Origin: Planctomycetota bacterium
GTDB taxonomy: Bacteria; Planctomycetota; UBA8108; SXIK01
Direction: 5' to 3'
Length of the DNA: 64,000 bases
NCBI GenBank assembly: GCA_965223265.1
Contig: OZ244999.1
Span: forward strand, 5,632,001 to 5,696,000
A program made the translations under genes and the position numbers. Positions 1-8,865 of the stretch are shown piece by piece (the first letter of the stretch is position 1; each line of letters starts with the position of its first letter). The notes beneath the pieces were generated by a model. The model ran no database searches. It saw nothing but the letters and a program-made list of their open reading frames with translations, and was not told the DNA's origin.

Positions 1-599
1 GTCGTCGTTACGGCGAGCACACGCATGCCGGCGGCGCGGCCGGCACGCACGCCAGGAGGCGAGTCTTCGACGACAAGACAAACTGGTGGGTCGACGCCAA
101 GCGTGGCGGCCGCTTTGAGATAGATGTCGGGGGCGGGCTTCGGGTTCGACGTCGCCATACGATCCAGAACCGCACCGAAAAGCTGGCGGGCGCCAATGGC
201 ATCCAAAAAAGGCAGAGGGGTGCGACTGGCTGTCGCCACGGCCGTCAGGAGCCCAGCGGCGCGCACTCGGCGAACGAATTCGACGCTGCCAGGAATCGCG
301 GCGAGGCCGTCGGTCGCCAAAACGTCGCGCACGTGACGCTCCTTCTCCTGCATGAGAAACCCGAGCTTAGCGTCGTCGACCTCTCCCAGGACGCCACGGA
401 TGACGTTCTCGCGCGCCACACCAACGCCGACGCGGAGGTAATGCTCGAACGTGAAGTCGACGCCCTCGGGGGCAAAAGTACGTCGAAACGCCTGCCAGTG
501 CAGCTCCGCCGACGAGATGAGCACGCCGTCAAGATCGAAAATCACAGCCTCAGCTGCTGGCCAGCATTCGGGGGAGGGGGTGTGGGCGTCGTGGCTCAA
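1..599 (-). CDS. HAD-family phosphatase (beta-phosphoglucomutase-like), runs off the window start
   Basis: Not in the ORF track. Manual translation of the minus strand gives AVIFDLDGVL (motif I), ATAS (motif II), KPAPDIY (motif III) and VVEDSPPGVRAGRAAGM (motif IV). TTG start at 599 is tentative. Confidence 0.85.
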   Translation of the reverse strand, partial: MSHDAHTPSPECWPAAEAVIFDLDGVLISSAELHWQAFRRTFAPEGVDFTFEHYLRVGVGVARENVIRGVLGEVDDAKLGFLMQEKERHVRDVLATDGLAAIPGSVEFVRRVRAAGLLTAVATASRTPLPFLDAIGARQLFGAVLDRMATSNPKPAPDIYLKAAATLGVDPPVCLVVEDSPPGVRAGRAAGMRVLAVTT

Positions 600-846
600 G
601 GGTTGCCTCTGCATTCCGTAGTTGCGTGCTTCGCAAGCCCATGAGCTTACCGCGCCGCGCGGCTGTGTGCACCACCGAACAGTGGTGCTGCGCCGATGGT
701 GGCGTCGATGACCGCGCCGAGTGGGGCGACGATGCATACACCCGCGCTGACTGAACGTCGCGAGACGGTTATACTGGCCCCCCGAAAAGAGACGGAACGG
801 AGACGCCGAAAAGAGACGCCCTGAGAGCCACGCGAAAGGTTGCAGC

Positions 847-3102
847 ATGATGTCGAGCACGCGATCCGGTGTACGTCTGGGTCTCCTTGCATGGACCTTC
901 TTCGTCTCTACACCTCCCACCGCCGCCAACGACTCAGACTCGGCCGCGTTTCGCGGGACGACCGCGTACTACGTCCTCAAGACCGCGCCGAGTTTCGGCC
1001 ACGGAAGTTGGCGGACGTTCGCGTTCCGCCTCGCCCTGCGACAGCCGTATGCCGACGCGCTGTTCAAGGATCTGTTAGAGCACGCCACCCTTTCGGGTCA
1101 ACTTTACGGACTCTGCGGGCTATGGTTCACGGATCAGGGCTCCTTTCACCGGCGCCTCGAACAGTACCAGTATCGCGACGATCAGATCGAGCGGGGCGAC
1201 AACAACGGCGTAGGGATCTGCGGCAACACATTCGACCGTCCCATGCGCGAATTCATCGTTCGAGAGGGGCGCAGCGTGATCCGACTCGATGGTCCACACG
1301 ACTCTGTAGAGGATTGGTGCACGCGGACAGGGCGCAAGGTCTCCTACCGTGACTACGACTTTCTCGGTGGCGGTTGGCCAGCCGCCCTCGCGAGGTCATC
1401 GGAGTTGCCTTTGAGTCAGGAAACGGACCCTCTCGATGAGCTCTTCCGGCGCGATCTTGAAGCCGGGTTCGTGCCACAGGCCGCCGATCCCTCGCGTGAG
1501 GATGAACACAGATGGCGATACGCGCGTGTGCTGAGGAGGTACGATCACGCGCCCCCTGCCGTGGTCGCCGCGCTGGAGGACGAGCGTCCGGAGGTGCGTA
1601 TGGCGACCCTGGAGGCGCTCTCCGCGTCGGGCCCGCTTGCCGCGGATCTCGCCGAGCGCATTGCAGCGGCGGCTTTCGCGACGGAGCGCCGCCTGCGATG
1701 GAACGCTCGCAACACACTCTTAGCGATTGGTCCGTGGGCCGGACGATGTTGGCCCGTTATTTTCGAACGAATCGAGACGGACGGCGGTGCCGACAGGGAC
1801 GCACGACGCCTGTCTGAAGATCAACAAAACGAAAGGGAATTCGCTCGCTTCCTGACGAGCCTCGTCAGTCGAGCCTCGATCGAGGATCTTCGCCACATGC
1901 GACGGCTCCTCGCTCACCGGGACAACCGCATTCGCACGTGGGCTCTGAAGGGTTTTAGATCTGCCCCCGAACTCTCGAGCTCCCTCCTGTCGGAGGTAGA
2001 GCGCCTGCTCCGAGACCCTGTCGATGACGTACGGATAGCAGCGAGCGCGGCACTCGCACGTCTCGCCACAGCCGAGATGGGAAACCTCTCGATGCCTGCA
2101 GTCGAACTGATGCTGACGGCGTTCGAAAATGACCCGGTTGAGGATGTTCGACTGAACGCCGCAATTGTTCTTGGAGCACACGGCGAGAGCGCGAGTTCGG
2201 CTCTTCCAGCGCTCACCGCGGCACTCCGAGAAACATCTGCCGCGGTGCAAGTTGCGGCGGCACACGCTCGCTGGAGCATCGACGGCAGTGGTCCGGACTC
2301 GGTGCCGATGCTCTTAGCCAACCTCGCGAGCAGAACCACGAAATCGGACGCCCGAACCAGAGCCTTGGAAGTACTGTCGAACCTGGCCGCACAGGAGGTC
2401 GTGGCCGAGGAGCTCAGCGGCTGGCTCCGCCGCGACCCTGACGGAATCGGTCGCGTCGAGCTCGTTAGAGCCCTCGGACGCGCGCGAAGAATGGAGCGAC
2501 CTCTCGAGGAGCGCTCACCCCTCCTTGCATCGCTAAGGGAAATCTCGGCTCACGACGACCTTCGCGTGGCGACCCACGCCGCGGATGCCCTTTACGACTT
2601 CACCGGGGAGCCGGACCTAGCCGTCGGACTCTGGATCGAATACTACTACGAGCGCGAGGAGAGTGGCGATGGGTACAACTCCATACGCGCGCTGCAAGCT
2701 CTGATGCGTTTCGGACCGCAGGCGCAGCCTGCTTCGGAAATCGTCACAAAGATACTATCTGGCGGGTCAGAGCCCGTGAGGTATCCCTTCGCCAGGCAGC
2801 TCCTCCAAGCGATCGGCCCTGCCGCCGACGCAGATGCGATCGAGGCATACCTGACGTGGATGGAGCAGCAACGCGGCCGTTGGATTCTGCCTGAAATTGT
2901 CAAGACTGCCGGAACCCTCGGCGCCGCGGCACGCAAGACTCTGCCGTTTCTGATTCAACTCCTCGACCACGAGCGTCTTGAAGTACGTGAGGCAAGCCGC
3001 CGGGCGATCGAGGACATCATCGCGGCGCTCGGTGAGGAGGACTTCCCCGCTGCCCCGCTCGCTCCGGAGTCGTCAGTCAGCCGCGAACGGCTTCGATCGT
3101 GA
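847..3102 (+). CDS. HEAT/PBS-lyase repeat protein, probably exported
   Basis: 751-aa ORF with a hydrophobic N-terminus and repeated 'L.D....VR..AA.AL' helical units. Confidence 0.75.
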   Translation: MMSSTRSGVRLGLLAWTFFVSTPPTAANDSDSAAFRGTTAYYVLKTAPSFGHGSWRTFAFRLALRQPYADALFKDLLEHATLSGQLYGLCGLWFTDQGSFHRRLEQYQYRDDQIERGDNNGVGICGNTFDRPMREFIVREGRSVIRLDGPHDSVEDWCTRTGRKVSYRDYDFLGGGWPAALARSSELPLSQETDPLDELFRRDLEAGFVPQAADPSREDEHRWRYARVLRRYDHAPPAVVAALEDERPEVRMATLEALSASGPLAADLAERIAAAAFATERRLRWNARNTLLAIGPWAGRCWPVIFERIETDGGADRDARRLSEDQQNEREFARFLTSLVSRASIEDLRHMRRLLAHRDNRIRTWALKGFRSAPELSSSLLSEVERLLRDPVDDVRIAASAALARLATAEMGNLSMPAVELMLTAFENDPVEDVRLNAAIVLGAHGESASSALPALTAALRETSAAVQVAAAHARWSIDGSGPDSVPMLLANLASRTTKSDARTRALEVLSNLAAQEVVAEELSGWLRRDPDGIGRVELVRALGRARRMERPLEERSPLLASLREISAHDDLRVATHAADALYDFTGEPDLAVGLWIEYYYEREESGDGYNSIRALQALMRFGPQAQPASEIVTKILSGGSEPVRYPFARQLLQAIGPAADADAIEAYLTWMEQQRGRWILPEIVKTAGTLGAAARKTLPFLIQLLDHERLEVREASRRAIEDIIAALGEEDFPAAPLAPESSVSRERLRS

Positions 3103-3298
3103 AAGCCGGTCCGTCGAAAGCCCCCGACCGCACGCGAAGGAGTCGCAAGCGTGCGGTCAGCGCCGGAGTTGAGCCCCCGGTCGAGCGAGCAAGACTCCGG
3201 CAGGATTCTCGCGTTCGCTACCCCAACGAGTTCATCACGGATGTGCAAACCGTCCGGATTCAGCGAGACCAGAATCCTCTGGTACAATGACATCCGCC

Positions 3299-3442
3299 AT
3301 GAGCAGTCAACGTAAGAGGTTGGTCACGGGGGTAGTTGTCGCGGCAGGCCTCGCTGCCTTCGTCGCAGCCGGCGTTCTCATGAAACGCCCTATTCTTGGG
3401 CACCGACCAAGCCGCCCCCTGAACACCCATGGTGCTTCGTGA
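3299..3442 (+). pseudogene. Truncated N-terminal fragment of a membrane-anchored protein
   Basis: MSSQRKRLVTGVVVAAGLAAFVAAGVLMKRPIL resembles the N-terminus of the ORF at 4861 (RRGKNVTLLTVVVGAAVVVVAGFLLVRPI), then stops. Confidence 0.35.
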
Positions 3443-3500
3443 ATCAAACCAGCGTCTTCAACTTCAGAAACGCCGTGAACGAGGGAAGGAATGCCCGGCA

Positions 3501-3959
3501 ATGGAGACCAAAGAGCTGCTGCTTTCCGAGCTTGAAGAAGCGTATTCGGGAAGTGGCGAAATGTCGCTCAAGGTTTCTCTGGAGGAGCTGACTCCAGAGG
3601 AAGCCTCCTGGCGGTTGAACGAGACCACCTGGACTATCGAAGAGATCGTTTATCACGTCGCCTCGGTTGCGATCGAGTACTGCAAGCAAGGATTTGGAAA
3701 GTGGAGCTCGGACTACGACAGACCGGTTGGTGACCTCAAGGGGGTTCTCTCGCTGCTTGATAAGGCCCATAGGCACCTCGTACAGTGCCTTCAGGAGTGC
3801 ACGGAGGAAAGTCTACACGAACCTCTGGAGACGAAGTTTCACGGGGAATCGACTCGACATTTTTTTTGGGTCATGGTCATGCACTACATTAGTCATGGAG
3901 CCCAGATTCGAACCATCCGGAGAGCGTACGGGTCGAGGACGCACTTCTATCCCATCTGA
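3501..3959 (+). CDS. DinB family protein
   Basis: WTIEEIVYH and H..SHGAQI metal-binding His pattern. ATG at 3501 follows a purine-rich RBS. Confidence 0.8.
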   Translation: METKELLLSELEEAYSGSGEMSLKVSLEELTPEEASWRLNETTWTIEEIVYHVASVAIEYCKQGFGKWSSDYDRPVGDLKGVLSLLDKAHRHLVQCLQECTEESLHEPLETKFHGESTRHFFWVMVMHYISHGAQIRTIRRAYGSRTHFYPI

Positions 3960-4043
3960 TTGCGACGTGCTTCGAATCTGCGTTGACCTGGGGCTCGGCA
4001 TATGCAGTCGAGGAGAGCCGCGACCGACCGAACCGCGTCAAGG

Positions 4044-4715
4044 TCAATGACGACATGCCGTGACCGTGAGCAGAAGCGGTACACCTAAGTACTTCCGACT
4101 GGCTGGGATTCTCTCGGCAAGACGTCGATCACCTCGGTTCTCTCTCCAGCGGAGGTGCCGGAATCCTGCGTTCTCTATTTCGGTTAGATAGTCCGAGACC
4201 GAGTGGCGCTCCGCACCAAGGCGATACTCAACTCCCTCCTCCTCAAAATTGGCTTCGACTCCGGCGGCAGCGAGGTCCGGGTGGAAAGCGGAGAACACCA
4301 AGCGGCCGCCGGGCCGCAGCACCGCGAAGAAATCCGAGAAAAGCTGGGGTAACCGGGTTACGTGTTCCGAGACAAGCGCGCAAAGCAGTGCGTGGAACCT
4401 CTCGCGGCGAAGTGGAAGACCGACATTGAGGTCCGCCTGAATGAGCGGCACGCGGGGAGAGGTGCGGCGAGCCACTTCGAGCATGCCTCGCGAGAAGTCG
4501 ACGCCGACAGGACGGCTACCGGCGCTCTCAGTCGCTCGAAGGTACCACCCAGTACCGCAGCCCGCGTCGACGATTCGCTCACCCGGGCGCGGACGAAGAA
4601 GAGCAGGAGTCAGCCGACGGTCGAACGCCACGAGCGGGTTCGGTGCCTGGTCGTAGGTTGTCGACCAGCGGTCGTAACCCTGTCGCACGTCCGGTCTCGA
4701 AACTCGCTTGCGCAT
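4044..4715 (-). CDS. Class I SAM-dependent methyltransferase
   Basis: GYDRWSTTYD, VDAGCGTG, GVDFSRGML and LRPGGRLVFS motifs. Start shortened relative to the ORF track. Confidence 0.9.
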   Translation of the reverse strand: MRKRVSRPDVRQGYDRWSTTYDQAPNPLVAFDRRLTPALLRPRPGERIVDAGCGTGWYLRATESAGSRPVGVDFSRGMLEVARRTSPRVPLIQADLNVGLPLRRERFHALLCALVSEHVTRLPQLFSDFFAVLRPGGRLVFSAFHPDLAAAGVEANFEEEGVEYRLGAERHSVSDYLTEIENAGFRHLRWRENRGDRRLAERIPASRKYLGVPLLLTVTACRH

Positions 4716-4860
4716 GCTAAGATTGACCGTCTCTTCTGTGTCAAAGTCAAGCGACGACGTTCGCACAATTCTTGGCGTGCCGAAGCGACGGAAGGTCAGA
4801 CCGTTGCACTTGTGATCGGTCCGTTGCCGAAGTCGCCCACACAACCAGCGACCGGTTACA

Positions 4861-5457
4861 ATGAATTTCATGGACATTCGTCGAGGAAAAAATGTCACGC
4901 TCCTGACTGTCGTTGTCGGCGCAGCCGTTGTCGTCGTTGCTGGATTTCTCCTGGTGAGACCGATTCAAGAGTACTGGTATATTTCAAAGCTCGATTCCGG
5001 CGACGCTTTACAGAAACATCGTGCGGCTGAGAAGCTCATACAAATGAGGTCAAGGCGATCTGAGAAGAAATTCATCGAGAATCTTCGCAACGGAGACTTG
5101 CTTGAAAAGATAACTGCTGTGCACGCGCTCGGGAAACTCGGATCCGTTGGGAGCATCCCCGACTTGCTACTGATACTGAGACAAAGAGCTCCACCGCCCG
5201 CCTCGGCAGAACGCCACCGCGGTATGTCCACCGGGCTGCCCATCTATCCGGACGTGAGACAGGCTTTAGTCAACATTGGCAACCCGGCGGTTCCCAGCCT
5301 TAATGAGATCCTCCAGGACCCCAAAGTGAACGTGCGGCTCGCGGCCGCCGAAATCCTTGCTGAGATTGCTCACGACGCGGACGAATCGGCCAATCCCCTG
5401 ACTGCCATACTCAAAGAAGAGTATCAGAGCGCCGGCGAGCACCGCCGAGAGCGCTAA
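4861..5457 (+). CDS. Membrane-anchored HEAT repeat protein
   Basis: N-terminal TM helix followed by AVHALGKLG, ALVNIGNPAVPSL and VRLAAAEIL repeats. Confidence 0.7.
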   Translation: MNFMDIRRGKNVTLLTVVVGAAVVVVAGFLLVRPIQEYWYISKLDSGDALQKHRAAEKLIQMRSRRSEKKFIENLRNGDLLEKITAVHALGKLGSVGSIPDLLLILRQRAPPPASAERHRGMSTGLPIYPDVRQALVNIGNPAVPSLNEILQDPKVNVRLAAAEILAEIAHDADESANPLTAILKEEYQSAGEHRRER

Positions 5458-5532
5458 GATGGGCGCGGGACGAGTAAGACTACGGTGCTGACGCTTCGGG
5501 AAAGCGTTCCCACCCGTGCGACGAGCAAAAAC

Positions 5533-5585
5533 TGGAGGCGGCACCCGGATTCGAACCGGGGAATCACGGTTTTGCAAACCGTTGC
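5533..5585 (-). repeat. 53-bp copy of the tRNA-Cys 3' portion (att-like direct repeat)
   Basis: Identical to 13785-13837 (anticodon arm to CCA). The D-arm and 5' acceptor strand are missing. Confidence 0.9.
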
Positions 5586-5947
5586 GCACACTACTCTAAC
5601 CGCAATCGCCAAGTCCACTTCGGGCTGCGCTGAAATTCTGCTCTCCCGCATACTCTCCCGACTTGAAGGAGACCCGACCACCATTGCGCGAGTGTGGCCA
5701 AGACTTCCGGCTGACGCGCGCAGCGCGATCGCGGCGCTTCTTCTGCTTCACCTGCGGGCGGGTTAGTCGGGGTAAGGGCGAGCGCAGCGACGAGCACGAG
5801 TAGTAGCCCGGTGACGAAGTACGACTGGCGTAGGGTTGTTTGCATGACGAGCGGTTCGGCCTCAACATACAACGTGAGGATCGTCCGCTCGGGCACACGC
5901 CGGATCGTTACGTTGCCCGCGTCGTCGCTTGCAGTTAGAATGGTGCT

Positions 5948-6184
5948 ATGAGCTCCGACACGAAAAAGCTTATGGAAGAGGCACTGCGGCTGCCGGAGAA
6001 CGAGCGGCTCCGTCTGGCCGAACGGCTGCTCGCGACCTGTGATGGTGAGCCCGATCCCGATGCAGCGGAGTCGTGGGCGAACGAGATTGCTCGTCGGTCG
6101 CGCGACATTGAGCTCGGACTCGTCGAGCCGATTCCCTGGTCCGAGGTGAAGACGGCGGCTCGGAAAACGAGTGGCACAAGCTGA
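5948..6184 (+). CDS. Addiction module antitoxin
   Basis: EALRLPENERLRLAERLL...WANEIARR...IPWSEV pattern. Overlaps the downstream toxin. Confidence 0.85.
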   Translation: MSSDTKKLMEEALRLPENERLRLAERLLATCDGEPDPDAAESWANEIARRSRDIELGLVEPIPWSEVKTAARKTSGTS

Positions 6185-6479
6185 GCTCGTATTCCACCCA
6201 GAGGCGTCGGTCGAGTACGGTGAGGCCTACGCGTGGTACTTGGGCCACGACCCGAAGGCCGCGGAGCGATTCGAACAAGAGGTCGAATCCGCGGTCCAGT
6301 ACATTGTCCAGGATCCACACCGTTGGCCGACCTACGACGAGAAGCACCGAAAACTGCTTCTTCGCCGTTTTCCCTACATGCTGATTTACAGAGAGCATGC
6401 GAAGCGTATCTGGATCGTCGCCGTGGCTCATGAACACCGTCGGCCCGGCTATTGGAAGGAACGGCGCATTCCGCGGTAG
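6171..6479 (+). CDS. RelE/ParE family toxin
   Basis: FHPEA..EY.EA..WY, RRFPYMLIYR and IVAVAHEHRRPGYW motifs. Confidence 0.85.
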   Translation: MAQAELVFHPEASVEYGEAYAWYLGHDPKAAERFEQEVESAVQYIVQDPHRWPTYDEKHRKLLLRRFPYMLIYREHAKRIWIVAVAHEHRRPGYWKERRIPR

Positions 6480-6636
6480 ATCGCCGGGGTCTCACACGCG
6501 AGCGGTGACGTCGACAGACTTCTGTACGCTGACGGCTCTCGAGTAGTCGCAACTGTAGTAGAATCGCATTCATGGCCGATCGACCTCGACACTCGATCAG
6601 TTTCTCGATCGGATAGCGGAATGCCTCACTCCGGAG

Positions 6637-6831
6637 GTGGCGCAGCGAATTGCTGATCTCCGTACAAATGATCGGACAAAAGCACGCCTGGAAGATCTGC
6701 GCGTGAAGGCGAACGAAGGCACACTTACTAATTCGGAACGCGCCGAATACGAGGAGTTCGTCGAGGGCTTTGACCTCTTCTCGATCTTGAAGGCTAAGGC
6801 GAAAGCAGTTCTCGCGAGACACAATCCATGA
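6637..6831 (+). CDS. Small helical hypothetical protein upstream of HNH gene (5' end possibly degraded)
   Basis: RLEDLRVKANEGTLTNSERAEYEEFV. The frame stays open upstream (LDQFLDRIAECLTPEV) without an ATG. Stop overlaps the HNH start (ATGA). Confidence 0.55.
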   Translation: MAQRIADLRTNDRTKARLEDLRVKANEGTLTNSERAEYEEFVEGFDLFSILKAKAKAVLARHNP

Positions 6832-7117
6832 TCGATGCGGAAAGCCGCCGCGTCGTCCGCGAGCGGGCCGGCAACCCGTGCGAGTACTGTTTGCTACCAG
6901 AGCAGGTGACCGACATTTCCTTTCGCCTGGAACACGTGATTGCGAGACAGCCCAAGAGGACGACAGCGTCTCCAACCTTGCGCTCGCCTGTAATCGGTGC
7001 AATCTCTACAAGGGGCCGAACCTCTCCTCCATCGATCCCATGACAAACGAGGTCGTCACTCTCTTTCACCCGCGGAAGGATGACTGGAATGCGACGATAT
7101 GCGAAGGCGACCGGTAA
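6828..7117 (+). pseudogene. HNH endonuclease, frameshifted and truncated
   Basis: CEYC...EHVIARQ lies in one frame and NLALACNRCNLYKG in another, with the shift near 6950. Confidence 0.75.
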
Positions 7118-7131
7118 CGCTGGCCGCGCTA

Positions 7132-7500
7132 TCATATCCAGCTTTCGACGGTGAGCCCCGACACCTTCTGAAAGTCGTGAAGGTTCGCGCTGAGCAGGGT
7201 GAAACCATGACGCAGTGCTGTGGCGCCAATGCGGACATCCATCGATCCAATATGGAGATTCTGCGACGCCAGGGTCTCGGTACGAAGCAACACCGTATCG
7301 TCGAAGGGCAACACCGCCATCTCGGTGTACTGCTCAAGAATCTTCTGGAGCCTGTGATCTCCGTAGACGAGCTCCCGTCCTTTTTTCGCGCTTGCGCTTG
7401 ATTGAGATAGGCGTGCCAGCCGACCGTTTGCTCGTGAAAGCTTACGATACTGAGGAAGAAGAACTGCTCGCCCTGTTGCGCACACATTGGCCGCAACGAA
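7132..7500 (-). pseudogene. VapC/PIN toxin, frameshifted, N-terminus missing
   Basis: SIVSFHEQTVGWHAYL lies in one frame and VLPFDD...IGSMDVRIGATAL...SANLHDFQKVSGLTVESW in another. Confidence 0.75.
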
Positions 7501-7654
7501 GCGGACATTTGGTCCGCTCCGTCGCGCTTTGTATTGCGCGGTTAGCGCCGAGAGAATCAACCTATCCGACGGTTTTGCGGGATCGCTCACAAGAAAGAAA
7601 ACGGGCCTGACTCCAATTGGAAATAGGCCCGTTCTGCGTTCTGTCGCCACACCT

Positions 7655-8656
7655 TCAGGGTTGGCAGACCTTGGGCGCCGTCAAACACCCGAGCTCGCTG
7701 TCGGCTACCAACCACCCGGACCCGCAGTCGGGATACGGCGCGACCGGAGGAGCGAAACCGGCGACGAACAGATAGTTGAGCAGCCAGACCGCGTCGGAAA
7801 GATCGACAGCCTCGTCGCCGTTGACGTTCGTCGCGGCCACGCAGCCGGGAGTCTCCGTGCCCGAAAAACGCCAATTCAGGATGCACACCGCGTCGGAGAT
7901 GTCGACCTCGCCGTCGTCGTTGCACTCGCCGCGGCGGAAGAGGCGAACCAAATCCCCGGTCACCTCGACCCGCGTCACAGTTCCGGGGAGTCGGTCGGTT
8001 TCGTCCTCATAGTTAAAGGATACGTTCCCAAAGCGGTATTCGGCATCCTCGAGGACAACCTGTGCGACTTCGGGGCGTTCTTCACAGCCAGGCCGCCAAA
8101 CGCGGAGCTCGACCTGCGTCTCGGTAGCTCCGAGCTCGACCTCTAGCTCGAACTCCGTCGGGTCGAAGGGCAAGTCGGCGGTAAGATCATCTGTCACCTG
8201 GCCCTCTTTCCATTTATTCAAAAAAAGCTGCCCATCGCTGTAGAGACCTCCGAGGTAGAAGCTGAAGCCCACGTCAGCTGCGAAGAGGGTGTTAAAGAAC
8301 TGTGGCGCCTTCGAAAATCGGTCGCTCTCGGAAAACTCGCTGCGGGGGCCACCGAAGGAGAACGCCGTTCGCACGCTAACATCCCCAGCGAAGTCATCCT
8401 GCGTCACGAAGGACGCCGAGTACGCCGTGGTGTCGAGAAGACTCAGACCTGCCGGCGCCTCGAAATCTGCGGGGCAGCAGTCCGGCATCAGCCAGCAGAC
8501 CGGCTCACAGTCCAGGGGATTGTTGTCGGCGAAGTCGTCGACGAACCCGTTGCCGCGAACCGTCACCGGAAGACAGAGAAGCAGAGTCGCAAAGCAAAGC
8601 CAGCAGCTCTCTCGCAGTGTAGTGTCTCTGAGCATGGATAGCTCCTTTCCGTCCAA
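7655..8656 (-). CDS. Secreted protein with C-terminal dockerin-like domain
   Basis: Signal-like N-terminus. FRRGECNDDGEVDISDAVCIL...NVNGDEAVDLSDAVWLLNYLF is a duplicated Ca-binding motif. Confidence 0.75.
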   Translation of the reverse strand: MDGKELSMLRDTTLRESCWLCFATLLLCLPVTVRGNGFVDDFADNNPLDCEPVCWLMPDCCPADFEAPAGLSLLDTTAYSASFVTQDDFAGDVSVRTAFSFGGPRSEFSESDRFSKAPQFFNTLFAADVGFSFYLGGLYSDGQLFLNKWKEGQVTDDLTADLPFDPTEFELEVELGATETQVELRVWRPGCEERPEVAQVVLEDAEYRFGNVSFNYEDETDRLPGTVTRVEVTGDLVRLFRRGECNDDGEVDISDAVCILNWRFSGTETPGCVAATNVNGDEAVDLSDAVWLLNYLFVAGFAPPVAPYPDCGSGWLVADSELGCLTAPKVCQP

Positions 8657-8865
8657 GCGGTCTGCCGTACAATGAACACGGCCGCCCCAGGCGCGCAGAC
8701 CGTGCGTCCGGGATAGCGCCTGGCCGGTGAGTGCTTTACTTGGCGGTAGAGCTCACCGGCCGCCTTTTACGTACCAGTTCGTCTCTCGATGTCGTTCTGT
8801 CTTCGTTGAAGTGTCGTTTTCGGTGGACCGGTTGGCTCGTTCGCTCGACGGCTACGGATCGTCTG

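Noticed and set aside
333-644. 103-aa plus-strand ORF
   Set aside because: Antisense shadow of the HAD phosphatase.
5533-5585. Additional tRNA-Cys genes (also 13653-13700)
   Set aside because: They lack the 5' acceptor strand and D-arm, so they are treated as att-like fragments.
5591-5766. Short ORF ending 'IARVWPRLPADARSAIAALL' beside the att fragment
   Set aside because: Possibly an island-end remnant, but there is no clear start or family evidence.
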